This document shows, in pieces, positions 26,324-40,417 of a stretch of 64,000 nucleotides of DNA. Positions within the stretch are counted from its first letter, which is position 1; the number at the start of each line of letters is the position of its first letter. Position numbers and translations under genes: made by a program. The notes beneath the pieces are model-generated. The model worked only from the letters and a program-made list of their open reading frames with translations. It did not search any database and had not been told where the DNA came from. This stretch comes from Proteromonas lacertae (lineage: Eukaryota): the NCBI GenBank assembly GCA_002245135.1, contig NGBS01000002.1:248001-312000 (forward strand), given 5' to 3'.

Positions 26324-27820
26324 ATGTCTTCTAATATTTTGGGTATTGTGCTAGTATAACCAATAATTGTATAGAATTATAGATTTCATCTGACCTTAGT
26401 GGTAGAGCTAAGTATTTTAATATATTGATAATGTCTTTATAGTCCAATTTTCACTTATCCAGTCAACCCTTCATTAAGTGAACTTTTAAGCTCAAATGAT
26501 AAAACTTCAAACGATATAATAGAATATCTTGATCAACTATATCAAAGAAACAGGATTAGTAGTTTGATATGTTATTTGGTAACCATAGGGGATTTAAAAG
26601 TTATAATACCATCAGAAATACAAAATAGTCAGGATAATTCATTCTTTTATCTATCATTTATTCTTAATGAAAACCAAGATGAAAATGATGATTTAGTGAA
26701 TCTTCTAAATCAAATTAATAGCAGTTTAAAAGTAGAAGAGAATCGTAATAATTATGTTTCAAAAGAAATAAAGCAATTATTAGCAATAAAAGATGAAATC
26801 TATCAAACATATTCACAAATCAATCAGAATTTATTGGAATATTTAGTTCAACAGCAATTATCCAAATCATCTTTAGCTTCTTTCATTAAGAAATTATTTT
26901 ATCATATAAATAACAGTAATAATAATAATATAGATTCTATTTATATAAACTCAACAATTATACTAAATTCTTCATCATTATGTCTTACCGTATTATCCCA
27001 ACTACAATTATATCATTCTTTATATTTCATTAAACCTAAGAGTAAAGTAATTAAAGAATTAGAATCAAAGCATTATGGAGATTTAATAGAAGTAATCAAT
27101 CATATAAATTCCAATTTAACACTTCAGAATTTATGTTATTTATTACACATTTCAAGAAATCAAATTCTAAACTATAGTAGTTATTTAATATTAAAAGGAT
27201 ATATGAAATATGGTCATCCAATGAACAGTTGTAATGCATCTTATTTTAGTCACTTTAGAATCAATTCAAATATACTGAAGAATAAGAATTGTGAGATAGA
27301 ATTTATAAAAGAATTTCCATCAATTAACATATCTTTTAATGATTTATTATCACTTTATAAATGTGGAATTCCTTTGGAGATTATAGAAAAGATAGATAGA
27401 ATCAATAACATATCCATATTAACTGTATGTATTATATTGATTTTTGTAATAATGTAGGAATGGTTATTATCACATAATTGTTTAAGACAATTACATCCGA
27501 TTGGTTATTATATTGAAGAAATATCAATTCCTATTGCTACACCAACTGGAACAGCATCAACACCAGAGAGAATAGATTTGTTCACATTATCAAAATCTGA
27601 AGGTGGTACAACATCACTATCCAGTATAAATTCAAATAGAAAAGATCAAACGTATTACTACAATTTGTTGGTTGAGTATTTGCAACATAAGAACGATATG
27701 TGTGAGTATTTGTTTGAAATACCTGAGTGTGATATTCCTGAGTTTGATAAAATGATAGAAGAACATGAAAATGAGTTTTTAATCACTTATGTTGAATATG
27801 ATGATGAATTTGCTGTATAG
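26324..27820 (+). CDS. NPRL3: GATOR1 subunit NPRL3/Npr3-like
   Basis: Spliced N-terminus MSSNILGIVLISSDLSGRANPIFTYP (longin-like), LQLYHSL, and a winged-helix-like LQNLCYLLHIS...YLILKG segment. Confidence 0.6.
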
Positions 27821-27990
27821 CACTAAAAGATATGTTTATAATCTGTATTTGTGTTGTATTTCTTGGAAAGAAGTCTTGATATATTGAAAATAAAAATATA
27901 TTCGTTTTAGAATCGTAATTATTTTAAAAATTTCATTTTTCTGACTTTAATAATTTACATAACTTTTAAACTCAATTCCAATTTTTCACA

Positions 27991-30932
27991 ATGTCATTTT
28001 TAGATTTCGAAGTAAAAGGATCAGGCATAGCTACTATGAACGGAATTTACAAGTATAAATCACATTTCTATAAATAAATAATTAGGTTCAATGCAGATAT
28101 GAATCACACTTATTGTGGTCCAAACAACTTCACCATTAAAAAGGATGAAGATGGCAGTTGGTGTATTTCTGACAATATTACAAAGTATTATACAGTAAGA
28201 GTTGATCCTATGTGTCAAGCTCCACCACCCTATGGTTGGACAAAAGAAAATGCAGGCAGAGATCCAATACCGCAAGTATTTCCTTTGAAATCAAGTAGTT
28301 CTATTACAATTGATGAAGATGAAACACCAGAAGAAGATAATCCATCATTTCATTTCGACAAAAACGAATATGAAAAAGATAAAGACAACTATTTTTACAC
28401 TCATTTCTTCAAATTTACCACCTATAATCATTATATAGATGTTATTCAATGCATTGAGAATGGTTGTCCTGTAAATTTAATAGATCCATCAACTAATAAC
28501 ACTGCGTTGAAAATAGCCTGTAAATGTGGTTATTTGAGAATGTGCCAATATTTATTAAATCATCAAGCTATAATTGATCCTACACCTAATGAATATAATT
28601 GTTTACAATTAGCAATATTACATAATCGAATAGAAATTGTGAAATTAATTTTACCAAATTGTTCATCTATTATAAATAAGCAAGATCCAACTGGTGAATG
28701 TCCTATTCATATTTGTTCAAAGAATAATTTCTTAGATATTGTAAAATTACTAGTAGAAGAGAGTGAAGTTAATTTAACTATAAAAAATAAGAATAAAATA
28801 ACTCCACTTCATTATGCATGTATTTCAATACAACATTATCATTTATGTCAATATATTTTATCAAGATTGAATAAGAATCTAGAAGCAGTTAATGCTGAAG
28901 ATATTAATGGAGATACACCATTACATTATGCTTCTAAGAACAATTGTGATATTATTATTCAATTATTATTAGATAATTTAGCTGATGTTACAAAAATGAA
29001 TAAAGATGGTGAAACTGCTTATGATATATCGAAGAAGTTTAATTTTTTGAGATGTTTAGAAGCGTTAGAAGAGAATGATTGTAATAGTAACTTAGATTCA
29101 TTAAATTCATCATACAGTAACAGTTATAAGAAGAGAAGAAAATCATCAAATGTTGTTGAATATCCAATAAGTATATATTAATATTATATTATGTATTGTA
29201 ATAGATGTATTTGATTATCAAGACAATAGATGGGGATATTATAAAACAGAAAAGTATTAATATATTATTATTATCATTTTATTAGTCATCCAGAACCTCC
29301 ACCAGTATTTTATACTGATACAAAAGAGAATGGTATTTGGTATACATACAAGACGAAGTATATAAATGGAGTAACATTCTTTGAATGTGAAGAAACTGGT
29401 AAAACAATTACTAAAGATCCAAGAGAAAGCGAAGTATTAATTATATATTTATTTATTGTCTTTGAAATAGTATTTTGCTTGTCCATTATCAATATATTCA
29501 CCATCTTTGGATGTAAAACCAACTAAATGTTTTTCACCACAAATGCTTCCTCTATCTAAGTCAGATGGTGGATTTTCTCCCACCAGTAGAGATGTTGCAA
29601 TGTATAGAAAGAAATGTTTGAGGTTAGAGAAAGAGATTGATATATTGAAGAAATCTATTGCTGATAATAGTATTAATTCATATTATATATTTATAAATAG
29701 AGAAACAATATGATGAAGATTTGGTTCATTTAAAAGATCATCAAATATCAGAATTGAGAAAAAGAGATGAAACATTAGATGAATATTATATTAGACTGAA
29801 AGAAATGGAAAGATCAAGTAATAAAGAATCACCAACCAATAACACTAATAATAATACTAATGCAAAACCAGTAGAAGATAAAAATACAAAACAATTAAAC
29901 GAAGAATTAGAGAAAATCAAAAAGGAAAAGAAAGAGTTAGAAGAAAGGATGAAAAAAGAGAAAGAAATATTATTAAAACAGAACAATGAATTAAAGAAGA
30001 GAATCGTACAACAGAAATCATCTATCAGTTCAATCACATCTGCATCATCATCTGATGTAAATAGTAGTCCTAATAGTCCAAATATAACTAATAAATCAGA
30101 AATAGAAATTATAATTAGTCCAATGTTTCAAGAGAAATTCATAGTATATATATTATATATATATAATATTTAATAGCTTCAATCTTATTCAACATTAAGT
30201 AATAAAATACCAATATATTCTGCAATTCAAAAGTCTAATAATGCCGTTCGATTGATAAAGTATATTACAAATGTAAAAGAGTCACAATATCAGAAGTATT
30301 TACCTATATGGAAGATTATTAACAATGCAACAACAGCCACATTCCACTACTTCAATAAAACCAATGTATTTTATAATAAAGAGAATGAAACACTGTTATT
30401 GGTAATGCCACAATTGAAATCAAAATCCTTACAAACTGTTAATCCAAAGGATTTAAAAATTGGTGATATTAAGAATATATTCAATGATGTTTTAAAAGGA
30501 TTAGAATTTCTGGAACAAAAGAAATTATATCATGGAAATTTGAAACTATCAAATATCATCTGGAGAGGTGATAATAATCTTGTTATTACTGATTATTGGC
30601 AGAATTTATTCACTAATTATAAACAGTCTAATGTTATTGAAAGAGATTGTATTGATATGTATAGCGTTGAGAGAATAAGAGGTGCTGAAATTGATATAAA
30701 GAGTGATGTTTGGAGTGTTGGATGTATTTTATATTACTTGTTTTCTGAGAAGAATAAATTCCCTTTTACTGGAGCTACTACACACGAGACAATGATCAAT
30801 ATATTGAAAGTGAAGTATGATGAATTATCTAACAATAGCCAGGTTAATTCAATACTTAAGAAAATATTTATTGCCAATAGAAAGGAAAGAATAAGTATTA
30901 AAGAATTGAGTGTACAAATACAAAAATTGTAA
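27991..30932 (+). CDS. Ankyrin-repeat, coiled-coil and C-terminal (pseudo)kinase protein
   Basis: TPLHYA ankyrin repeats; kinase fold HGNLKLSNI, DYW, KSDVWSVGC; linked by GT-AG introns. Confidence 0.75.
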
Positions 30933-30958
30933 ATATTGAATATTGTAATGTATAATTT

Positions 30959-30966
30959 TGTTTGTT
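30959..30966 (+). promoter_or_regulatory. TGTTTGTT putative 3'-end/polyadenylation element
   Basis: 26 nt after the kinase stop; same motif downstream of ABCF2 (~49799-49806, -) and MRPL28 (~36012-36019, -). Confidence 0.5.
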
Positions 30967-31035
30967 TTTATGTTTTTTAAAACATCAAGCTTTCATCAAA
31001 AGCTTGAAACATATTTTGCTTATTTTTCTTGATAT

Positions 31036-33198
31036 ATGGATTCTTCAGGTAGATCAAAACGTCATCATCATCATAGCTATTCGAGTTCATCCAAAAGACA
31101 AAAAAGGTCTGATGAAAAAGAAGAAGATGTTTATGAATTAGTCACAGAGAGAATTTCCTACTATGTACCAGTTAATGGTTTAGTTACGAACCTGGGTGAT
31201 GATTCAAAGAAATTAATATTGTCTCTAGCTAAGTATTTTAGAAGAATCACAGTATTCGTCAGAGAAGACATTCAAATTGCATCAAATCTAGTTCATGTGT
31301 TTGATGGTCATGATGAGCAGATTAAGAAAGGCTTAAACAATGTTTATAAAGAAAAACATGATATTGTCATATATAAACCACAGTATATACAATCTTATTC
31401 TATTTTCTACACTTAGTTATAATGAAGAAGAGAAAGAAAAAGAATTACTTCAAAAGTCTGAAATAGATATTCAAGAAATGATCAACAGATTGAAAGGTTT
31501 GACCAGATATATAGCAGTGATATTACCTGATAATTATGATATTAACTCATCCATATCATTAGGGACAAATATCAACTTGTTAGAAGCTAATTATTTTGAA
31601 CATGCCAAACAAGTGATGATGTTGTTGGAATATCCTGAATGTATTAACTTCTATATAATATTGTGTTTTTAGTTAATACATTATTATGCCAAAGTTTTGA
31701 AAAAACAGGAGATATTACTCATCCACAACTGTTATCATACTCTCCATCTGATTTGACTCAATTATCACAATCATTACCTCATTCAATTGTAGAAATGCAT
31801 ATGCAATTCTTAGAGTCATACTTGGAGAGAAATCCATATTATAATTACATAGTAGATCCAAACCCTAGTTTGGGTCAATTTCTGATTTCATTAAATAGAC
31901 ATTTTAATAATAATAATAATCTCAAATTAGTAGGAATATTTCAAGATCAAGGAAATTTTCAAAAAGTGGAGAATGTGAAGAATAATATCAAATTATATAA
32001 TATTAATGATAATGTTGATGTATATGAATCACCAAAAGCATTTTTATCTCAAAATATCACCAATACCACATCATTTTTACCATTAATATTTTATAGATTT
32101 ATCAATAGTTTTGATATAAAAGGATTTATTGAAAAAATAGCAATAAAACTATCATTAAACCAAACCATCTTAATATCCTGTAATTACAATATCACAATAC
32201 CAGAAGAATTAAAGTTAAAATATCATTTAAGGAAGGAAATCTTTGAATATAATAATACTAAATATGAATATTTATTATTATCACTTTGTAGTCATTTGAT
32301 AAAGAATGAAGATTATTTTATGAAGATATTTAATGACAATGACTATTTTGAAGAGAAAGGTGTATTTGTAAATATGCTAGGAAGCAGATATCATAAGAAA
32401 TGTCAATTAATGGAAGGATATTTATATCAAGAATCAAAGAGATTATGTAAAATAGAAGATGTCAATAATAATCAATTAAAAGATGATGAAATAATGAGTA
32501 AATTATTAGAATCCTATCATAAGAAACAAGATGTCAATGATTCCTATCACAAATCTGGTCTCCAAAATTTGGCACCCTTTATTTTCGGTGACCCACATTA
32601 CCGTTTCTCTCGTATATCTGAATTAATACCACCTGGTTCTTCATATCCTCGTATCTTAGTAGTAGGATCTGTTGATTGTGATATAACTTCACCATTACAT
32701 AAGAAATATCCATCTTCAGAAATATATATAATAGATACAATCGAATCAACTCCACGACAAGGTACTTTCTATCAAATAGACAGTAATAACAGTGAATTGT
32801 ATATGATATTAAACCATTCAATAAGTCTAATTATCTGTATATCATTACATCATTTTAACGATGTTAATAAACTATATGAGGAGTTTCAGAGGATAATGAG
32901 TGATAGTGGTGTTTTATTTGTTTATGAGCATGATTGTTCCACTATATTAGATTATAATACATTATACTTATACCATTTGTTCCATGAGAAATTCTTAATG
33001 AGATTAGATAAGAAGGAAAAACATCATATATGTAATTATAAATCAAGAAGTGAATGGGATTCTTTAGCTATTAAATATGGTTTTAGTATTGAGAATAATC
33101 ACTCTAAAAGTATTGAATGTGTTCCTCCGTTGAAAATGTTTTGTTCAGTGTTTAGTAAGACTATTGTTGATGAATTAGAAGAAGATAAAGATGAATAG
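31036..33198 (+). CDS. Multi-domain SAM-dependent methyltransferase-like protein
   Basis: C-terminal class I MTase (ILVVGS, SLHHF, GVLFVYEHDC); three ORFs joined by two GT-AG introns. Confidence 0.65.
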
Positions 33199-33289
33199 AT
33201 TATAAAATAAGTATTATAAATTTATTCTTTCTATTTTTGATTATAATAAGAAAATAAAATAAAATAGAAACACACAAAATAATTAATTA

Positions 33290-34800
33290 TTATTCAAAAG
33301 CAATATTTATATCAACTTTCACTTTATTTCCATTATCATTACATTCTATAAATAACTCATATTCACTCTCTTCATTGTATAATTTATGTATTGATTCTAT
33401 TTTGATAAATCCAATACCAGTTAAAAATGTACATCCTGGATTATAGAATATATTCGTGCATAATCCAACAATGTTATTTTCATTATCATATATTACTCCA
33501 TATCCTTCTTTACCTCCTTTTCTGATCTTCACATTTATTCTTACTATTGTTGTTTCAGACATCGTTAATTCTTCTAAACTACAAGCTGAAGGTAATACTG
33601 TTTTTATATATTGATTTCTTACAACAGAAAATGAATTAGGTAAATTTTCAATAATCTTCTGAATTGGTGAAGATAAGAAGGATGAAGAATTTGTTATATC
33701 AATATAATCAAATGGAAAACTAGGTATAAATAAAGAAATGAATATACAATGATAGTCCTCTGAATGAATAAACAGAATATAATTCATATATTCCTATTAT
33801 ACTACAACACTCAAATGATAATGACAATAACAAATCCATTGATGATGATTTTGATATAAATAAATGAATTCTATTTCTTCCACCAAAGGCATAGTTATTG
33901 CTTTTTGATTGATTAACAAATAATAATTCTTTTGACATTTCATTTAATGGTAAAAATAGAAAATCATTTTTCATTTCAGGATTTGAACAATAAATTGAAT
34001 TACTTTTATCATCAAATTCAAAAGAATGAAAACCTTTGAAATATCTTAGAACAACAGATTGAAGTACAGTATAATAACTCTTCGAATAGAATTCATAACA
34101 ACATAAATCATTATCAACTGAAACTGATATTATGTTTTTGAAATTACTCTCTATTTTGGCTTTTAAATCTTCAAGAAATATATCTAAATTAAAAGGATGA
34201 ATGTAAAGAAATATTGAATTATCTTTTTCATAATATAATGAGTTACATAATAAATTCATTGGAAATGTGTCAAATGAATATAATAATACTTCATATTCTG
34301 TATTTAATGAAATTGAGTTGATAAAAGATGGATCTAAATAATGTGATAATAATTCTCTGGTAATTTCATTTTTACCATTTAATATTACTCTAGTGTAGTA
34401 ACTAATATCACATGCAATAGATGCATTTCTTAATCTCTATTAGATATATACTTATTTATATACTTGAATGACAAATTTCTTTGTATTATTATGAGCTTGC
34501 TTTGGTATATTCCAATCCCATAATTCTACCATATTCATTCTTTTGGCATGCCATTTATTGGTTGCTAATTTCTTTATTCGTGATTCTTTCTTATATCTTG
34601 GCTATATGATATATAAATAATCAATATCACATACTTTCTTTAAATATCGGTTATATGAGCTATTCCTCCTTCTCAATTGCCTTGGATAGTCAACACAATC
34701 TATTTTACTCAATTCTATAGCATTTTTTATTTCAAACGATCTTGCCTAGTTGGATGGTAATAAAATAATATACATCAACAAAAGAACCAGCTGGAATCAT
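33290..34800 (-). CDS. POP1: RNase P/MRP subunit POP1-like
   Basis: FVD|ARSFEI, PRQLRRRNSSYN, TNKWHAKRMNMVELWDW, C-terminal GxG motifs. Confidence 0.8.
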
Positions 34801-34947
34801 TCAATAATTAAAATCTATTTTGATCAAGCCAAATTCATTTTTTATCATTTTAATTATGAATGTTGTTAATTTTTGAATGAGATTCTTACATATTATAAAA
34901 ACAAAATACACTATATATTATTAAATAGAAATGATAAAGCAGTTTTA

Positions 34948-35884
34948 TTAGTTCGATAATCTAGAACCACATATTCTACATTCATCAATTTTCTCACAAT
35001 ATATAGATAAACAAACTGAACATACATATCCTATATCATTAGGTAATCTTCTATTATGACAAATACAAGGGACATTCTGTATTAAATTATAACAATCAGT
35101 TTTAGGTAAAACCATTAATTCTCTTGTTTTTCCTTGACATAAGAATATAGTGATTAATAATTGTATTAAATTCCCTCTTTGAGTAACTCTATAATATAAA
35201 CCATTAGTAATATTAGCAGCTTGTTGTAGATAAGGCGAAACATTGCAAGATAACATACAAATATCAATTGGACCAAGTGTTTTTGCTGCAAATACACTAT
35301 TCATAAAGGATATGTAGTTTTCATTAGATGAATTATGTATTGAGAATATTAAATATCTTAATGATATAGTTGGATATTCATTTTTTAATCTTGACAGAAA
35401 ACAGGATGAAAGTGAAATACATTTTGTTAAAGAAGAGGTTTTTGTGGTTGTAGGCATTTTAGATGATTCTGTAATTATCTCATTCAACTTCTTCTGTAAG
35501 TGGTTTTGAAGAGGAACTATTTGCCTGGAAAAAACAACCAATTTTGATAAATCTGATCCTTGATTTTCAAGCGGGAATATTTGACGGCTAATTTATAATA
35601 TAAAGCATAAACATAAATAATACCATAGTTGATCTGTATAACAGTATATAGAAATAGTGTTATTTCTGTTTAGAAGTAAAAATGAATTTAGAAACACATA
35701 AAAACAATCTAAAAATTCTTGCATTGAAATATTATCCGATGTATTCAAATTAGGATCGCAATTTCTATTCAACCAAGACAAATCTGCATCTATGATTATT
35801 GAAATATGGCATAAATCATCTAAAATACATAATAAATTAAATAATACCTATATTATTATTTAAAGCATCTTCTAAATCATTCAT
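34948..35884 (-). CDS. TFB4: TFIIH subunit Tfb4/p34
   Basis: YISFMNSVFAA, YLQQAANITNGLY, CICH, GYVCSVCLSIYC...CRIC. Confidence 0.92.
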
Positions 35885-36056
35885 TTCTTAAAAATGTAAA
35901 ATAGAATTGCAAACTTAAAGCTTGATCAGATTTTCAAATTACTTCTATTTTTTCACCAAAATTATATTATGAAACGTTATTATGGATTTGAATATATGGA
36001 GCATAATTAAAAACAAACAATACATTTCAAAAATAAATACAAATTTAAAAAATAAG

Positions 36057-36463
36057 TCAGTGAAAATTTTCATTTTTAAGCATAGCTTTAGTGATTAACT
36101 CTCTCAATTCTTCTCCTCTTTCTGAATCAAGCTTTTCTGGAGGTGTATTCAAAATATAGTTGTCCAAACCTCCACATTTATCAATACATCTCAGTGCTTT
36201 AGTTGTTACATTTATTTCAACCTGTTTATAAGTATGAAAGAAAGAATTATACCCAATGATCAAGAGCTGAACTGAATAATCTCTTACGAAATACATTTGG
36301 TTTAAATGTACGACGAGTACTAATATATAGATGAATAAATATTATACTGTCTGACAGAATGGCTGACATTGTTACCGTATCCAGTTTTTAATCCAGCAAA
36401 CAAACCTCTTTGTGCTCTTTTGCACAATTCCCTACATGTCCCTTGCAGTTCAGCTAAACTCAT
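36057..36463 (-). CDS. MRPL28: Mitochondrial ribosomal protein bL28
   Basis: KRAQRGLFAG, GNNVSHS, TRRTFKPNV, VTTKALRCIDKCGGLDNYIL; two introns. Confidence 0.9.
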
Positions 36464-36597
36464 TTCAAAAATCAAAAAAATTATAAAATGCGATTTCAAG
36501 ATCAGATCATGGTAGAATTTTTTAATTTTGCTTTAAACCACATACAAATGATAAAATCACAAAATAATAACAATAAAATATAATATGTTAATAAAAA

Positions 36598-37608
36598 TTA
36601 CTCATCTTCATCAATTTCACCAAATATATAATCAGCAAAATTATTACGACAGATTGGACAAGTTGTATGTCTTCTAATCCAATTATCTATACACTCATTA
36701 TGAAATGTATGATGTGCAGGACATGGTAATGATTTTAATACATCACCTGCTTTAAAAGCACCCCAACAAATTGAGCAATTTTCTTCAGAATCATTTTCAC
36801 AAATATGTGTTTGAATTACTGACAATTCTTCATTTGTTAGTTCTTTACCATCTCCAAATTCAAATGCATCTTTTAGATAATAGAGCAGTAGGAATGCTGA
36901 TAATAATGCTCTACCAAACATTGAAATAGAAATTATTTCAACACCATATCTTAGATAACTACTGTGAGACTATTATATATATATATATATATAATAAAAT
37001 AAATATACTCTACCGAAAAATACAGCAAGAAATCCATAGGCAATTAATGAGTAGGTTAATATACTTAAATATTTGTTAAACATTGTTAATTTGTTTCTTC
37101 CTAATCTCTTTGTTAACATAGTGGCTCTTCTTCTTTGTGATGAATTAATTTCTAAGAATAGCTTTCTATAATGATATCTAACTGGTATGTTTACAAAACT
37201 TAAGAATAATGAAAGAAAGAAAAATATTCTGAAACAAAATGCAGTGAAACCACTTTCTTGCCATGTATAATATAGTGTAAATGCAGAAAACATGATCTAT
37301 TAATGTATACTTAATTAATTCATATAAAATACGTGAATAGGAGCAGTGATGTTCGCAATATTGAATATGGTAAGGGAATACTTAGCATAGCTATAAGGAA
37401 ACCTGGAGATCATTTCAAAAGCTCTGACTTGGTTTATATCTTCATTTACATTATTGTTGTGGATTACACCTGCAGTGGGATTGTCTATTACATTATTAAC
37501 ATTTATATTATTATTGTCATTAACTTCACCATTATTATTTACAATAACATGAGGTATTTCCTCATCATCAGGGTTGACTCCCTCTACATGACGATGTCTA
37601 ACTTCCAT
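36598..37608 (-). CDS. Transmembrane RING-H2 E3 ubiquitin ligase
   Basis: CSICW...LPCPAHHTFHNECIDNWIRRHTTCPICR; hydrophobic segments upstream. Confidence 0.85.
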
Positions 37609-37983
37609 CTGGCTAATATAAATCAAAAATTAAGTGAAAAAATGAATAAATAAAACAGAAAGGGAGTAATTTAGAAAAAAAAAACTTGCTTTAAAAAACT
37701 GAAACGACTTTATTTTTGTATAACTAAATTCATTTTTTTTGCAGTTTATAAGTCACTTTATTTTACATAATCTGATTTATAGATTATGGGCATAGAAGTG
37801 GATTGATTTGTATAACGAACAGTAAAACAAAAGATATAGAAATTGAATGACTAGATAAAACAGTAATTCATATTCAAATTCAATGATCAAAAATCTCATT
37901 TCTTTTTCATAAAACACTTGCATCTTATGACATTTTTTGGTGTAACGGATATTTATATTTTTTTAATTTCTTTCATTTTCACA

Positions 37984-39327
37984 ATGACTGAAGTGTTCCT
38001 CAACGAGTTTAATTTAAACTTATCTCGGTTTATTCTACGTATTAATTTACATTCTATTAGTTAGTTAACCGTGAAGAAATACAAACACTCTCGAAGATGT
38101 TTCAGAAACTAAGAGCTGCGTATTTTTAATCCTTTATATTATTGTAGTGAAGGTGTTTCAGTTAGTAAGTTGATCAGTTACACAGGAATGCCAATTACAA
38201 AGCTAATATTGAATATAGTGAGTCCTTTTGGTGATTATTTAGATTGGAATAATTTTACCTCTTTAATCTTAATTATATCTTATATCCCTTATGAATATTA
38301 TTTAAGACGTATAATTATCTAATTTTATGTATAGTGGCAATAGCATCTTGTGGAATAAACCCATATCAATACCTTTCTAAAACCAAAGTGATAGATTTTT
38401 TTACAGACTTAGGTAATACAGTATGTTTAAAGACATTTAATAAACTATATGAAGAGCATGATTAGTATATACAAATATAAATATATAATTATTATCAATA
38501 GTAATCATGATGGAAGAATGTTGTTTGAAGAGTTGTTATCTTGGTACAAAGATTGTAGTGAATTATTTGTAGATTTAGATTTTATACGAACAGAATTTCA
38601 ATCATCCTTTCTTGGTAAAACCATTTCCAAAAGAATAATCAATCGTAAATTAGCATATTCAGAAATAAAAACATATAGAAAACATCATTATGATCATGAT
38701 CCACCTATACCATGTTATATATCAATAATTAATGCAATAATGAGATATCCTAACCCATTACATTATGATTTTGATTTTACAGATGAAAAAACAGGTGAAA
38801 CAATAATGGCTAATTGTATTAGAGAGTATTTAATAGAGAAATATCATATAAAATCATCTAATGATATTCATACTAATTTTATATCAAAGATAAGGCCTGA
38901 TTATAAAGATAATGTAATGATGAGGTCTTTACCGTTTTATGGGCCTTATAATAGCAATCTAAATTTCTATCATAGTAATAAGAAACAAGTGGCGTTAAAT
39001 GCATCTATAGCTTCCAGTAGAAGGAGTATTAAGACATATTCAACTAGTGATAATGATAATAATTCATATTCAAGTAAAGGCACGAATGGTGGAGGTGGTT
39101 GTACTGCTAATGGTGGTAATAGAACAAGTTGCGATTATTCTTATTATAATAATAATAAATATATGAATAAGTCTTCATCGTTGCATATGAAGATATCACA
39201 GAGAAAGTCTACTAAGACTAGTGAAGGTGCTACAAAGTATGTTAGTGATTATACAAAGAAAACAATTTCAATTAATGAATTGCCAGGAATGATCAATTCT
39301 GGATCTTGTTCTAATAGTTACAAATAG
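37984..39327 (+). CDS. Hypothetical protein with a possible degenerate EF-hand
   Basis: Multi-exon; NHDGRMLFEEL resembles an EF-hand loop. Confidence 0.45.
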
Positions 39328-39447
39328 TTAGTTAATAGTAATGTAATAAGTATAAATCGTGTTAAATTAAATTTTCTACATTTTTTTGAATTGGGTTGTA
39401 GGTGTATATTTTTCGTAAATCCACAAAATTAAAATTGTATTTTTCAC

Positions 39448-40385
39448 ATGAGTAGAGAGATCGAACTAAGACGAGTGAGTAGGAATATAAAAAGAAATGA
39501 CAAATTATCAATACTGAGAAGGACGAAACGTATAATTACTCTTAGATTTTTTGAATAGTAATCTATCCAGGTAAAGGCTTACAAGAAACAAGTGTAAATA
39601 TAGCTAGAAATTTATGGAACTAGTGCTAAAACGAAGAAAACTGAAATCAATATACAAAGTCCGCATTTATCAACTGCTTCATTAAGCTCAATAAGTCAAT
39701 ATGAATTATTGCATGATTATATCAGAAAATATCACAATTATACTCTGAATCCTTATTCAAAAGCAAGAATGGTGTGGTATGTGATAATATGTATATTAGT
39801 GTTTTACTCTGCAATAATTATTCCTGTTCCAATTAGCTTTTCGTGTTGTATATTATGAAAGAATTTTGATTTTTTATAGATGGAAGATATGGGATGGTTT
39901 GTTATAGATAGAATCATAGATTGTGTGTTTTTAATTGATATAATATTGAATTTTATGACTGCATATAGTGATAAGAAAGGAACAGTGTGGAATATGAGAA
40001 AGACTGTTACTCATTATTTCTTTACTTGGTTTGTGATTGATATTATTGCAACTATTCCATTTGACTTGCTTATTAGTATGATAGCTACATTATTATAATA
40101 ATATTTAGCCAATAAGACAGTTAAATTGATAAGAATAGTGAAAATAATGAGATTAATTCGATTGTTAAAAATACTAAGATTATGTATATTTATACTCTTT
40201 ATTTTATAATTATTAGTTAAAGTAAAAAGGTATATTGATGTATTGAAAATCGCAAATATAACAGGAGTATCATTCTTATCATTATGTCAAGCTATATTTT
40301 GGATATTGTTTCTTGGTCATTTATTTGCTTGTTTATGGTTTGGGACTGTTAATTTGAATGATACTGTATTATTATATTATATTAT

Positions 40386-40417
<32 letters not shown>

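Noticed and set aside
36970..36995. (TA)n microsatellites (also ~4385, 13097, 24262, 40400, 48330)
   Set aside because: Ordinary intronic low-complexity sequence
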